Positions 40,012 to 50,416 of a stretch of 64,000 nt of DNA are shown piece after piece. The position numbers and the translations under genes were made by a program. Location: NCBI GenBank assembly GCA_965248535.1, contig CBDFJR010000005.1, forward strand, positions 2,080,001-2,144,000. Reading direction: 5' to 3'. This stretch comes from Phormidesmis sp. (GTDB lineage Bacteria; Cyanobacteriota; Cyanobacteriia; Leptolyngbyales; Leptolyngbyaceae). How positions within the stretch are numbered: the first letter of the stretch is position 1; each line of letters opens with the position of its first letter. The notes under the pieces are model-generated. The model saw only the letters and a program-made list of their open reading frames with translations. It ran no database searches and was not told the DNA's origin.

Positions 40012-42015
40012 CTAATTGCGCTTCCCCAGCAGTTTATCTCGCAGGTGTTTGATCTTGTCTCGATATTTTGCGGCCTCTTCAAACTCCATGTTTTTGGCAG
40101 ATTCTTTCATCTGGGCTTCGAGTTGCGTGATCAGAGTGGGAATGTTTTCGAGCGGAATTTCGTCGGCTTTTTCATAGACTTGATCGAGTTCTTGAGCATT
40201 GAGACGACGTGAGACTTCTAAGAATGACAGAATTGAGTTGCTCGATCGCTTGATGATCGAGTAGGGAACAATGCCGTTTTTCTCGTTGTGTTCTTGCTGA
40301 ATCGCCCGCCGCTGCTCAGTCACGCTAATGGCTCTAGCCATGCTGTCGGTCAGATTATCGCCATAGAGAATCGCTTGACCTTCGACGTGACGCGCTGCCC
40401 GCCCGATCGTTTGAATCAGCGATCGCTCCGATCTTAAAAAGCCTTCTTTATCGGCATCCAAGATTGCGACGAGCGACACTTCGGGCAAGTCTAAACCTTC
40501 GCGCAGCAGGTTAACGCCGATCAGCACGTCAAATAACCCTTCTCGCAGATCTTGAAGAATTTCGATGCGCTCGATCGAGTTGATTTCTGAGTGCAAATAG
40601 CGCACTCTAATGCCCCGTTCTTGAAAATATTCGGTTAGATCTTCTGCCATGCGCTTGGTCAGAGTCGTGACTAAAACGCGCTCATTTTTGGGCAGTCGCT
40701 CTTGGATCTCGCCGAGCAAATCGTCAACCTGTCCCTGAGTCGGACGGACGAAGATTTCGGGATCGAGAACGCCCGTCGGTCGAATCACCTGCTCGGCAAT
40801 ATGATCTTCAGAGAGTCCGACTTCCCAATCTCCAGGAGTCGCAGACACAAAGATACACTGATTAACTTTCTGCCAAAACTCCTCGTTTTTGAGAGGGCGA
40901 TTATCGGCGGCACTCGGCAACCGAAAGCCGTGATCAATCAACACTTTTTTGCGAGACTGATCCCCGTTATACATCGCTCTGATTTGGGGCAGCGTGACGT
41001 GAGACTCGTCAATCACTAATAGCCAATCTTTAGGAAAGTAATCGATTAAGCATTCCGGCGAGTCGCCAGCCGCACGCCCTGCTAGGTGACGCGAATAGTT
41101 TTCGACTCCGTTGCAAAATCCGACTTCTCGTAAGACTTCTAAGTCATATCTGGTGCGTTGGTCAAGGCGTTGTGCTTCGAGTAATTTTCCGTCTTTTTCG
41201 AGTTCTTCTAAGCGTTCTTTTAGCTCAGTGTCGATCGCATCACAGGCCGCTTCTAAGCGATCTTCTGGTGTGACAAAGTGACGAGCGGGATAGATGTTTA
41301 TCGCTTCCATGCTTTGCAACGTTGCCCCCGTCACGGGATCGATATAGCGGATTGCGTCAATTTCATCTCCAAAAAACTCGACGCGAATAATCCGATCTTC
41401 GTAGGCGGGCCCAATTTCTAGCACATCGCCCTTAACGCGAAATTTTCCTCGACCTAAATCAAGATCGTTGCGGCTATATTGCACAGACACCAAATCTCGC
41501 AAAATCTGGCGCTGATTGACTTCTTCTCCCATTCGCAGAGGAATCGCAGCCTTCAAATATTCACTCGGAATGCCCAACCCATAGATGCAGCTAATCGAGG
41601 CGACGACGATCACATCTTTGCGTTCAAACAGCGATCGGGTGGCAGAGTGCCGCAGCATATCGATCTCTTCGTTGATTGATGCCGTCTTCTCGATAAACGT
41701 GTCGCTAACGGGAATGTAGGCCTCTGGCTGATAATAGTCGTAATAGCTGATGAAATATTCAACCGCGTTGTCAGGGAAAAACTCGCGCAACTCGTTGCAA
41801 AGCTGGGCTGCTAGAGTTTTGTTGTGGGCTAACACTAGAGTAGGTCTGCCCAAATTTTCGATCACACGAGCGATCGTGTGGGTTTTTCCGGTGCCTGTTG
41901 CGCCGCGCAGGGTTTGATATTGAGTCCCGGCTTCGATGCTTTTGACAAGACTAGCGATCGCGCTGGGTTGATCGCCTGTGGGTTCAAACGGGGCTTGAAT
42001 GTGAAAGTCTGCCAT
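40012..42015 (-). CDS. uvrB: Excinuclease ABC subunit B
   Basis: [32 protein letters not shown]-terminal UVR domain. Confidence 0.97.
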   Translation of the reverse strand: MADFHIQAPFEPTGDQPSAIASLVKSIEAGTQYQTLRGATGTGKTHTIARVIENLGRPTLVLAHNKTLAAQLCNELREFFPDNAVEYFISYYDYYQPEAYIPVSDTFIEKTASINEEIDMLRHSATRSLFERKDVIVVASISCIYGLGIPSEYLKAAIPLRMGEEVNQRQILRDLVSVQYSRNDLDLGRGKFRVKGDVLEIGPAYEDRIIRVEFFGDEIDAIRYIDPVTGATLQSMEAINIYPARHFVTPEDRLEAACDAIDTELKERLEELEKDGKLLEAQRLDQRTRYDLEVLREVGFCNGVENYSRHLAGRAAGDSPECLIDYFPKDWLLVIDESHVTLPQIRAMYNGDQSRKKVLIDHGFRLPSAADNRPLKNEEFWQKVNQCIFVSATPGDWEVGLSEDHIAEQVIRPTGVLDPEIFVRPTQGQVDDLLGEIQERLPKNERVLVTTLTKRMAEDLTEYFQERGIRVRYLHSEINSIERIEILQDLREGLFDVLIGVNLLREGLDLPEVSLVAILDADKEGFLRSERSLIQTIGRAARHVEGQAILYGDNLTDSMARAISVTEQRRAIQQEHNEKNGIVPYSIIKRSSNSILSFLEVSRRLNAQELDQVYEKADEIPLENIPTLITQLEAQMKESAKNMEFEEAAKYRDKIKHLRDKLLGKRN

Positions 42016-42382
42016 AGTCTAGATAGAAGTCCAGATTTATTGGGTTTTGGCTCAAACTCGTGTCTAGTCGGTGAGAGTCGGATGGCCTAGTAGACGATGA
42101 ACCCCACTCTTTCTCTAGTGTAGCGATCTTGGGGGGTCGATCGCTGGATCAGGGGGTTAGACCCGATCGCGGTGCCACACGATGAACCCCTGACAGCGGC
42201 GATCGATCGTGGCACCCTCTCAAAGTCATCACAGTGCCACGATCGCCATGGACGATCGTAAATTTTTCCGGATGGGGAATTTGCAGGGTGTAGTAAGCAA
42301 ATCATCAACATTTGATGAGAAGCCGCATAAACAACCGGGCTAGACCCTACTTTAAAACCAGTGCAGTCAGGAGAGATGAATC

Positions 42383-43492
42383 ATGAAGATGAGAGCGCTC
42401 AGTCATAGCGTGATCATGGGCAGCCTGCTAGGGGTAGTGTGGATGCTGCCCGCCACGGCGCAACAAGCGATGCTAACTCGTGGCGAAGTCTATAAACTGC
42501 TCAACAATGTAGAACTGCTGCTCAACAACCGATCGCCGCGCACCGCCAGAGTGTCAGATGTGATGGTGCCCCAAGATGCCCTCCGCACGGCAAGTCAATC
42601 AAAAGCCGAATTGCTGTTTAACGAAGGCTCGCTGGCTCGCATCGGCTCAAACGCAGTTTTTCGCTTTATTCCGGGTCTGCGGGGCTTTCAGCTTAGAAAT
42701 GGGACGGCGCTGATCATGAGTCCGCCCACGACGGCATCGACTCGCATTGAGACGCTAGAAGGGCAAGCCGTTGCTGAGATTCCGGCGAGTTCACCCCCCG
42801 GCTCTGCCCCCGCTAATGTCTTGAGTCTGGCGATGGTGGTGCAAGTTGATGGGGTAAACAAAAAATCGGATTTCTATAACCTCACCAGCACCCCCATTAA
42901 GATCACCGACGCTCAGGGCAAGTTTTTGTTTATCAACGGAGGGCAAACCGTCTCTGTGCTCAAAGGCACGTTAGGGGAAGTCAAAACCTTTGACCTGCGG
43001 ACGTTTTATAAAACCAGTGGGTTAGCCTTGGGCTTAGGCCCTGGGCAAGACCCGATCGTGCTGCAAGAAGCACCTCCTGTGCAGCAAACCCTAAGAGCAG
43101 TCAGAACGGCAACCCTGGCAACGCTAGAGTTGCAGACCAAAGCGATCGAAGGACTCTGCACCCTCAACGCCAGAGGCGGAGCCAGCACCCTCGCCACTAA
43201 CTGCATCACAACTAACTCAGACGACCCCCTGCGCGGCTATCTCGATCGCCGTGACGTGGTGACTCCGGTGCCCGATCGACCCACTCCTACCCTGCCGCCG
43301 CCCGTTGTAACAGTTCCGCCGCCCGTTGTAACAGTTCCGCCACCCGTTGTAACAGTTCCGCCACCTGTTGTAACAGTGCCCCCAAATCCGAATACTCCGC
43401 CTGTTAACACCAATACAGGTACTCCAGTGCTGGTGCAGGGTGGCAACAATCCAACACTGCCAGCCACCAATCAGCCGCCCGTAGTTCGCTAG
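42383..43492 (+). CDS. Exported FecR-domain protein with a Pro/Thr/Val-rich tail
   Basis: Signal peptide, DALRTASQSKAELLFNEGSLARIGSNAVF FecR-like beta domain. Confidence 0.75.
   Translation: MKMRALSHSVIMGSLLGVVWMLPATAQQAMLTRGEVYKLLNNVELLLNNRSPRTARVSDVMVPQDALRTASQSKAELLFNEGSLARIGSNAVFRFIPGLRGFQLRNGTALIMSPPTTASTRIETLEGQAVAEIPASSPPGSAPANVLSLAMVVQVDGVNKKSDFYNLTSTPIKITDAQGKFLFINGGQTVSVLKGTLGEVKTFDLRTFYKTSGLALGLGPGQDPIVLQEAPPVQQTLRAVRTATLATLELQTKAIEGLCTLNARGGASTLATNCITTNSDDPLRGYLDRRDVVTPVPDRPTPTLPPPVVTVPPPVVTVPPPVVTVPPPVVTVPPNPNTPPVNTNTGTPVLVQGGNNPTLPATNQPPVVR
43295..43378 (+). repeat. Four tandem 21-bp units encoding PPPVVTV
   Basis: CCGCCGCCCGTTGTAACAGTT x4 with a few synonymous changes. Confidence 0.92.
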
Positions 43493-43526
43493 TTGAGATC
43501 ACAATTCCCCCTTATTTATTACCTGG

Positions 43527-44495
43527 ATGATTATGCGTGTCTTCTCGATCGCTCTCTTCTGCGGGTTAGGGCTGTTGGGCTGCGGTGGGCTTGCCTCGAT
43601 CGCTCAGGCTGCCCCCAATTTGGTTGTGCCAACCCGTCCCCTTCCTGCCAATTCTGACCCATCGGCGTTGCCCTCAGACTTGACCTCGCCTAGTTCAGAA
43701 ATCAAGCCGCTTGACCCCGAAGACACCCGATCGGAGATTGGTGAGATTCGGATTCTTAACTCTCCGACGGCAACGGCAGAGCGTCGTCAGCCTGATGTGC
43801 AGCTATTGTTGCGTTCTTCGGTGTTTTCTAGCTCTAACATCACGTCTCTGAGCGCGTTTCGTCCCAGTGACACGGTGTTTATCAATAGTGGATTGCTGTT
43901 AGCTACGCCCAAACTGGGTGAAACGACTCGCCTAATTGCGTCGGCGGGAGGTGGATTGGTGCGGTTTGCTAATCGGGGTGACTCTAACTATAACTTGCTG
44001 AATTTTAATGTGGCCGTGCAGCAGCGCCTCGCCCCCGGAACCTATGGACAATTGGGCTGGGTGCAAGAAAATCTCTATCGATCGGGCGGCGGCGATCGCC
44101 TGTTGCAAGACAACTCGGTTCAGTTTATTTTGGGTCGGCAAGATCAGTTGGGGCAACAGTTGCGGCTAGATTCGTTTTATGAGTTGCGGGCTAGTTTTAC
44201 CAATCCTAACGATCAAAACCGGGTCGCAAATACGTTAGGTGCTCGACTGCGCTATGACATCACGCCCAAACTGCAAAGCGCGCTGGATTATCGACTCACC
44301 TTTAAGAATTTTAGTCAGGTCGATCGGGCTGACACTGAGCATCAGATCAGCGCACTAGCGATCTACAATATCAATCCCGATATGTTTGTGGCGGGCACGG
44401 TTTCTTATCTGTTTGGGCGGTCTTCAAGTTCGGCGATCGACCTTGACAATCTCTCGATCGGCATCAGTCTGGGCTGGAATGTGCCTCTGTTTTGA
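43527..44495 (+). CDS. Probable outer-membrane beta-barrel protein
   Basis: Signal peptide, alternating amphipathic strands, C-terminal GISLGWNVPLF ending in Phe. Confidence 0.65.
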   Translation: MIMRVFSIALFCGLGLLGCGGLASIAQAAPNLVVPTRPLPANSDPSALPSDLTSPSSEIKPLDPEDTRSEIGEIRILNSPTATAERRQPDVQLLLRSSVFSSSNITSLSAFRPSDTVFINSGLLLATPKLGETTRLIASAGGGLVRFANRGDSNYNLLNFNVAVQQRLAPGTYGQLGWVQENLYRSGGGDRLLQDNSVQFILGRQDQLGQQLRLDSFYELRASFTNPNDQNRVANTLGARLRYDITPKLQSALDYRLTFKNFSQVDRADTEHQISALAIYNINPDMFVAGTVSYLFGRSSSSAIDLDNLSIGISLGWNVPLF

Positions 44496-44531
44496 ATCGT
44501 GATCCTTTGATCGATTGGACTGAATCCGGCT

Positions 44532-45155
44532 TTAGGACTGCGATCGTGTCTTTAATTCTTCTCGATAGGACAGCACGGCATCAAACTGTTCTTCTGGTTG
44601 CACATAGTTGGCTAACAGCTCAAGGTCACAGTCGGGCAACAACTCACTGTTGCTTAGGGTCTCATAGCCCTCTGCCCGCAGATGAAAAACCGTAAATTTC
44701 CCCAACTCCCACACCCAGACTTCCGTCACTTCTAGCCCTTGATAGATAGCCAGTTTATCGACCAGTCCACTGCTCAACACGACCTCGATCGCTAGGTCTG
44801 GAAACTCTTTTTTCTGCCCGATGCAATAGCACTCATCTGGCTCTAATCCGCGCTGCTTTGCAATCTTGCGAAACGTCGCTGAACCCATGCCGTGAAAACG
44901 GGTGCGCGTCTCCTGAAAATAGGACTCCATCAACATCGCAATCATTTTTTTGAGTTCTTCGTGCAACCGAGAAGTCGTCATGATTTCTAACGTGCCTTCT
45001 AAATAGCTCAACCGCAAGGCCGGAAAATCGTCGCCTAGAGTGGCTAGCAACAACTCATATTGATGCCAACTTACGCCGTCTAGGACGACGCGCTGTTCGG
45101 GCAGAGAATCTACGATCGTCGGAGACAAAACCTGAAAAGTCATGGGAGTCACCAT
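44532..45155 (-). CDS. Uma2 (DUF820) family endonuclease-like protein
   Basis: VSWHQYE, YLEGTLEIM, EPDECY, PDLAIEVV. Confidence 0.88.
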   Translation of the reverse strand: MVTPMTFQVLSPTIVDSLPEQRVVLDGVSWHQYELLLATLGDDFPALRLSYLEGTLEIMTTSRLHEELKKMIAMLMESYFQETRTRFHGMGSATFRKIAKQRGLEPDECYCIGQKKEFPDLAIEVVLSSGLVDKLAIYQGLEVTEVWVWELGKFTVFHLRAEGYETLSNSELLPDCDLELLANYVQPEEQFDAVLSYREELKTRSQS

Positions 45156-45210
45156 TCAGTTCGCTTCTCTAGTTTAGAAGACGAATGCTCTGACCATTCG
45201 GCCTAAATTG

Positions 45211-45224
45211 GTATCTCTCGTCAC
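45211..45224 (+). promoter_or_regulatory. Near-consensus NtcA site upstream of hpxO
   Basis: GTA-TCTCTCGT-CAC, one mismatch to GTAN8TAC. Confidence 0.35.
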
Positions 45225-45299
45225 AGTATTCCGTCTAAGCTTTGACAATAGTGTCCAATAGATGAGATGGGTTGATCGAGCAGCAGAAAGGAGTCGTGA

Positions 45300-46463
45300 A
45301 TGGATGACCTCAAGGTTTTGATCATCGGGGCAGGCATGGGCGGTTTAGCGACAGGCATTGCGCTGCGTCAGGTGGGATATCAGGTTGAAATCTACGATCG
45401 GGTCAGCGAGTTGCGCCCGGCCGGGGCTGGCATTTCTCTCTGGTCAAACGGGGTGAAGGTGCTCAATCGTCTGGGCTTGGGCAAAGCGATCGCCCAAATC
45501 GGCGGGCAGATGGATCGGATGCAATATCACAGCCACACCGGAGAATTGCTCACCGATGTTAGTCTGGCTCCGCTGGTGCAAAAAGTTGGGCAGCGCCCCT
45601 ACCCCGTGGCTCGAACTGATTTGCAAACCATGCTGCTCAATCAGTTTGGGGCTGAAAAGGTGCAGCTTAACTGCAAGTGTGTTGAGATTGAGCAAACTGA
45701 AACCAGCGTCACGGCTCGATTTGAAGACGGTCGCACGGCAACAGGCGACGTGTTGATTGGCGCAGATGGCACCCACTCGATCGTGCGCGATCGCGTCTTA
45801 GGTCACAAGACCGATCGCCACTATGTCGGCTATGTCAACTGGAACGGACTCGTGCCCGTCAGTCCAGATCTGGCTCCGGCTAATAGCTGGGCGATCTATG
45901 TCGGTGAACACAAACGCGCCTCGCTGATGCCTGTGGGCGATGGGCGATTTTATTTCTTTTTTGACGTGCCGCTTCCTAAGGGTTCTGTCAGCACGCCAGA
46001 CCACTATCGAGAGGAGTTGATGAGCTTTTTTAAGGGCTGGGCTGCCCCTGTGCAGGCGTTGATTGAGCGACTTGACCCGTTGAAGACCAATCGGGTTGAG
46101 ATTCACGATATTGAGCCGTTAGAACGGTTTGTGCAGGGTCGCGTCGCTCTGTTGGGTGATGCCGCTCACAGCACGGCTCCTGATCTGGGACAGGGCGGCT
46201 GTCAAGCGATCGAGGATGCTGAGGTTTTAACGCGCTATCTGAGTTCGACGACGATCGGGGTTGCAGATGCCCTCAATCGCTATGAGGCAGAGCGGCTAGG
46301 ACGAACGGCAGATATTGTGCTGAGAGCACGAAAGCGATCACACATGACTCACGGCAAAGACCCCGAAAAAACACAGCAGTGGTATGAACAACTTAAGCAC
46401 GATGATGGGAGCGATATCATCAACGCGATTTCTAATACAATCCTGGCGGGGCCACTCCACTAA
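45300..46463 (+). CDS. hpxO: FAD-dependent urate hydroxylase
   Basis: GAGMGG, GISLWSNG, YVNWNGLV, LGDAAH..PDLGQGGCQAIED; adjacent to uraH and uraD. Confidence 0.9.
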   Translation: MDDLKVLIIGAGMGGLATGIALRQVGYQVEIYDRVSELRPAGAGISLWSNGVKVLNRLGLGKAIAQIGGQMDRMQYHSHTGELLTDVSLAPLVQKVGQRPYPVARTDLQTMLLNQFGAEKVQLNCKCVEIEQTETSVTARFEDGRTATGDVLIGADGTHSIVRDRVLGHKTDRHYVGYVNWNGLVPVSPDLAPANSWAIYVGEHKRASLMPVGDGRFYFFFDVPLPKGSVSTPDHYREELMSFFKGWAAPVQALIERLDPLKTNRVEIHDIEPLERFVQGRVALLGDAAHSTAPDLGQGGCQAIEDAEVLTRYLSSTTIGVADALNRYEAERLGRTADIVLRARKRSHMTHGKDPEKTQQWYEQLKHDDGSDIINAISNTILAGPLH

Positions 46464-46520
46464 CGAGTGTGGATTAAATAAAGCTACACTACTGCGATGT
46501 TATACCACCACGATAAATCA

Positions 46521-46548
46521 GCGTAAGGGCATGGCATTGCCGTGCCCA
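46521..46548 (+). repeat. REP-like palindrome, copy 1 (GCGTAAGGGCATGGCATTGCCGTGCCCA)
   Basis: Near-identical copies at 51468 and 55219 (reverse strand). Confidence 0.75.
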
Positions 46549-46603
46549 GGGTCTACGCCAGTAACTAATATGATTTGATTCACGAATCTTAAAAGAAATC
46601 ACG

Positions 46604-46960
46604 ATGGGTAAACTCACAACTCACGTTCTAGATACAGCCCACGGCCGTCCGGCGGATAATGTGACGATCGAGCTTTTTGCAATTGATTCTACATCCCAAA
46701 AGAGATTACTTAAAACCCTGGTGACGAATGCTGACGGACGAACAGATTTGCCATTGCTCACCGATGCCGAATTCAAAATCGGCGTTTATGAACTTGTGTT
46801 CTCGATCGGAGCCTATTTTTCGCGCTTTGAGGACAAGCCTGTAGAAGTGCCCTTTCTCGACCGCATTCCCCTTCAGTTTGGCATCTCAGACCCGACGGGT
46901 CACTATCACGTTCCTCTGCTGGCATCGCCTTGGGCCTACAGCACTTATCGAGGCAGTTGA
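46604..46960 (+). CDS. uraH: 5-hydroxyisourate hydrolase
   Basis: LTTHVLDT..TNADGR..HYHVPLL..C-terminal YRGS. Confidence 0.95.
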   Translation: MGKLTTHVLDTAHGRPADNVTIELFAIDSTSQKRLLKTLVTNADGRTDLPLLTDAEFKIGVYELVFSIGAYFSRFEDKPVEVPFLDRIPLQFGISDPTGHYHVPLLASPWAYSTYRGS

Positions 46961-47467
46961 ATGGTTTACTCAATCAAAGAACTCAACCAGATGAGTCAAG
47001 CAGATTTTGTTAAGCACTTGGGCGCGGTTTTTGAAGAAACGCCCACGATCGCGCAACAAGCTTGGCAGCAGCGCCCCTTTGTGGATGTTGATGATCTGCA
47101 TCAAAAAATGGTGACGATCGTCAACGCTATGAGTCAGACTGAGCAACTCGCTTTAATTCGCGCTCACCCCGATTTGGGCACTAAAGCAAAGATGGCGGCG
47201 GCTTCGGTGCAAGAGCAGTCGGGGGTCGGCTTAGATCGGTTGACGGCGCAAGACTATGCCCGATTCCAGTCGCTTAATCAGGCTTATCAAACCAAGTTTG
47301 GGTTTCCGTTCATCATTGCTGTTAAAAATCATACTCAGTCCAGCATTCTAGAAGCATTCGAGAAACGATTAGAACATTCATTCTCAACCGAAATCACTCA
47401 AGCATTGACAGAGATTTCCACGATCGCTCATTTTCGATTAGTCGGTTTGATCGAGTCATCTGTGTAG
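46961..47467 (+). CDS. uraD: OHCU decarboxylase
   Basis: LIRAHPDLG, SVQEQSGVGL, KFGFPFIIAV. Confidence 0.93.
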   Translation: MVYSIKELNQMSQADFVKHLGAVFEETPTIAQQAWQQRPFVDVDDLHQKMVTIVNAMSQTEQLALIRAHPDLGTKAKMAAASVQEQSGVGLDRLTAQDYARFQSLNQAYQTKFGFPFIIAVKNHTQSSILEAFEKRLEHSFSTEITQALTEISTIAHFRLVGLIESSV

Positions 47468-47487
47468 AAGTCTCCTAATGATTTAAA

Positions 47488-47529
47488 GTATTCTTTGCTA
47501 CAAATGGCAAGGTTGGCGGCTTTTATACT
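47488..47529 (+). promoter_or_regulatory. Class II NtcA-activated promoter
   Basis: GTA-TTCTTTGC-TAC, exactly 22 nt, then TATACT -10 box, upstream of the ABC substrate-binding gene. Confidence 0.8.
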
Positions 47530-47556
47530 ACATTCGCCACGAAACAAGGACAGTGT

Positions 47557-48645
47557 GTGAGTTACCCTCAAGATTTTTTAGACCGTCAAGGTGTTAGTCG
47601 TCGCAAGTTTATTCAATATGGCTCGCTTGCTTTGGGCAGTGGCATCGTAGCTGCCTGCTCGAATGGCAGCAGTTCTTCAACCAGCAACTCCCCCAGCGCA
47701 TCGCCCGTTGCTAGTGCGGGCAAACTCGATAAGGTCACCATGAGCACCAATTGGTTTGCAGAAGCCGAGCATGGCGGCTTTTATCAGGCGGTTGCCAAGG
47801 GCATTTATAAAGATCATGGGCTAGATGTGACGCTCAAAATGGGCGGCCCTCAAGTTAACGGCACTCAGCTTTTGATGGGCGGCGCGATCGACTTCTTTAT
47901 GGGCTATGGAGCCGATGCGATCGTGTCGGTTGCATCGGGCATTCCTAAAATCACGGTGGCGGCGCTGTTTCAAAAAGACCCGCAGGTGTTGATTGCTCAC
48001 CCCGATGTGGGGGTCAAAGATTTGGCTGATCTCAAGGGCAAACCCATTTTGATGTCTGCTCAGGCTTACACCACTTATTGGCCCTATTTGAAGTCAAAAT
48101 TTGGCTTTAGTGACGACCAAAAACGCACCTATAACTTCAATCCTGGCCCTTTCTTAGCTGATAAAAATGTGGCTCAACAGGGCTATGTTTCGTCAGAACC
48201 CAACATTATCAAAAAAGTTGGCAAAATCGATCCCGTGGTTTTTCTGCTGGCGGATTCTGGCTATGCGCCCTATGCCACCACGATCGAGACTAAAAAAGAA
48301 CTGGTGGATAAAAATCCCGATCTGGTGCAGCGCTTTGTCGATGCCTCTATTAAGGGCTGGTATAGCTATCTCAAAGACCCGGCTCCGGGCGATGCGTTGA
48401 TTAAAAAAGACAATCCTGAGATGACAGACGAGCAGCTTGCTTATGCCCGATCGACGTTTGACCAATACAAAATTGTGAAGGGCGGCGATGCTGAAACTAA
48501 AGGCATTGGGGCGATGACCGATGAACGCTGGAAGACCTTTTTTGACTCAATGGTGACGGCTGGCGTGTTTAAAGCCGGAACCGACTATAAGCAGGCCTAT
48601 ACGCTAAAGTTTGTGAATAAAGGAGCACAAGCTTATCAAGCCTAA
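47557..48645 (+). CDS. ABC substrate-binding lipoprotein (NMT1/THI5-like), probable purine or nucleobase binder
   Basis: Tat-like SRRKFI, lipobox VAAC, NWFAEAEHGGFYQA, FQKDPQ. Confidence 0.82.
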   Translation: MSYPQDFLDRQGVSRRKFIQYGSLALGSGIVAACSNGSSSSTSNSPSASPVASAGKLDKVTMSTNWFAEAEHGGFYQAVAKGIYKDHGLDVTLKMGGPQVNGTQLLMGGAIDFFMGYGADAIVSVASGIPKITVAALFQKDPQVLIAHPDVGVKDLADLKGKPILMSAQAYTTYWPYLKSKFGFSDDQKRTYNFNPGPFLADKNVAQQGYVSSEPNIIKKVGKIDPVVFLLADSGYAPYATTIETKKELVDKNPDLVQRFVDASIKGWYSYLKDPAPGDALIKKDNPEMTDEQLAYARSTFDQYKIVKGGDAETKGIGAMTDERWKTFFDSMVTAGVFKAGTDYKQAYTLKFVNKGAQAYQA

Positions 48646-48655
48646 CGATAGGAAA

Positions 48656-49559
48656 ATGGCGATGACCACCCAAATTCCGGTGATTGATTTTGCGCCCTTT
48701 CTAATGGGCAACGCGACTGAAAAACAGGCAGTCGTTGAGCAAATTTATGCTGCCTGTCATCAAGTCGGGTTCATGTATTTGAGGAATATTGGAATCTCAC
48801 GATCGCTGCTCTCCGATTTGCTCGATCAGTCTCAACAGTTTTTTGATCTGCCGATCTCAATCAAAGAACAGTTAGCCCGATCGAGCATCACCAACTGCGG
48901 ATATATTGGGGTGCAAAAAGAGCGGCTAAATCCTCAAAATCCCTGGGATCTGAAAGAGGCGCTGAACGTGGGCATTCAGTCGGTTTGGCTTGCCTGAGCA
49001 AGAAGCGTTTCGAGACGTGGTGACGGAGTTTTATCGACTCTGCACGACCCAAGTTGCCCCCAATATTTTGCGGGCGTTTGCGATCGCGCTCCACCAACCT
49101 GAAGACTTTTTTGACGACAAACACGGTCAGCATTATTTTCTGCGAATGCTGCACTATCCGCCTGTGGCTCAAACTCCGTCACCGGGGCAACTGCGGGCCG
49201 GAGAACACAGCGACTATGGCAGCATCACGCTTTTGCTGCAAGATCAGATCGGAGGCTTAGAAGTGCGAACTCGCCAAGGCGACTGGATTGCCGCCCCGCC
49301 CATTGACGACACGATCGTGGTGAATGTGGGTGATGCCATGCAGCGCTGGACGGGCGATCGCTTAACGTCAACGCCTCATCGAGTCACGGTTCCGTTAGGC
49401 AAAGATAGCCAGCGATCGCGCTACTCGATCGCGCTTTTTTGTGACCCCAATCCCGATGTTGAGATTATCTGTTTAGATCAATCTGGCGATCGGGCTGCCC
49501 AATATCCGCCGATCTTGGCAGGCGACTATCTCGCGAGTCGATTAGCCGCCACTTACTAA
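48656..49559 (+). CDS. 2OG-Fe(II) dioxygenase (isopenicillin N synthase family), 1-bp frameshift at about 48990
   Basis: IPVIDF..GFMYL N-domain; LRMLHYP, HSDYG, VNVGD, PHRV, RYS in the second frame. Confidence 0.82.
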
Positions 49560-49621
49560 AAATCCGACTTAAAATCGCGGATCTCAGATACGCTTGATTT
49601 TGATCCCTTAGCCCGATCGCC

Positions 49622-50401
49622 ATGACTTCTCCCCTGACGCTCAACCACATCAACAAGGTTTATGCCAACGGCACGATCGCCCTGCAAGACATGAACCTTG
49701 ACATCGGTGCCTCGCAGTTTGTGAGTCTGGTGGGCCCGTCGGGCTGTGGCAAAAGCACTGCACTGCGGATCATTGCCGGGCTGGGGCAGATGAGTTCGGG
49801 GCAATTAGAGTGGGGGCAAGGGCCGCCGCCAAAACTGGCCTATGTGTTTCAAGAAGCCGCGCTGATGCCGTGGGCAACCGTAATGGATAATGTGCGACTG
49901 CCGCTAACACTGGCAAAAATGCCTCGACGAGAGGCGACGACTGCCGTAGAAGCCGCGATCGCGATGGTGGGTCTGCAAGGGTTTGAGAGCCGCTATCCCC
50001 GCGAGTTGTCAGGCGGCATGAAAATGCGCGTCTCGATCGCACGAGCGTTAGTGACTAAACCCGATGTGCTGCTGATGGATGAACCCTTTGCTGCCCTAGA
50101 TGAGATGACTCGCAGCCGCCTCAACAGCGACCTTTTATCGCTATGGAATCAACTTCGCTGGACGGTGATTTTTGTGACTCACAATATTTATGAGTCGGTC
50201 TATTTGTCGCAGCGCGTCGTTGTGATGGCGGCTCGTCCCGGTCGAGTAGTGGCTGATGTCGCGATCGCTGCCCCTTACCCTCGCGACGAAGAGTTTCGCA
50301 CGTCGATCGACTACAACCACTATTGCCGAGAAGTCTCTCATCACTTGGCTGCCGCGTCTCTCCAAGGAGCCGATCGCAACCTGCCCATGGCTACTCTCTA
50401 A
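49622..50401 (+). CDS. ABC transporter ATP-binding protein (TauB/SsuB type)
   Basis: GPSGCGKS, LSGGMKMR, LLMDEPF, VTH. Confidence 0.92.
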   Translation: MTSPLTLNHINKVYANGTIALQDMNLDIGASQFVSLVGPSGCGKSTALRIIAGLGQMSSGQLEWGQGPPPKLAYVFQEAALMPWATVMDNVRLPLTLAKMPRREATTAVEAAIAMVGLQGFESRYPRELSGGMKMRVSIARALVTKPDVLLMDEPFAALDEMTRSRLNSDLLSLWNQLRWTVIFVTHNIYESVYLSQRVVVMAARPGRVVADVAIAAPYPRDEEFRTSIDYNHYCREVSHHLAAASLQGADRNLPMATL

Positions 50402-50416
50402 AGGAACTTAAACCCG

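Noticed and set aside
43295..43378. 21-bp tandem repeat as a CRISPR or iteron
   Set aside because: It has no spacers and is in frame within a CDS, encoding PPPVVTV with synonymous variation.
23630..45155. Two Uma2 genes as a defence system
   Set aside because: They are 20 kb apart, solitary, and belong to a family routinely expanded in cyanobacteria.
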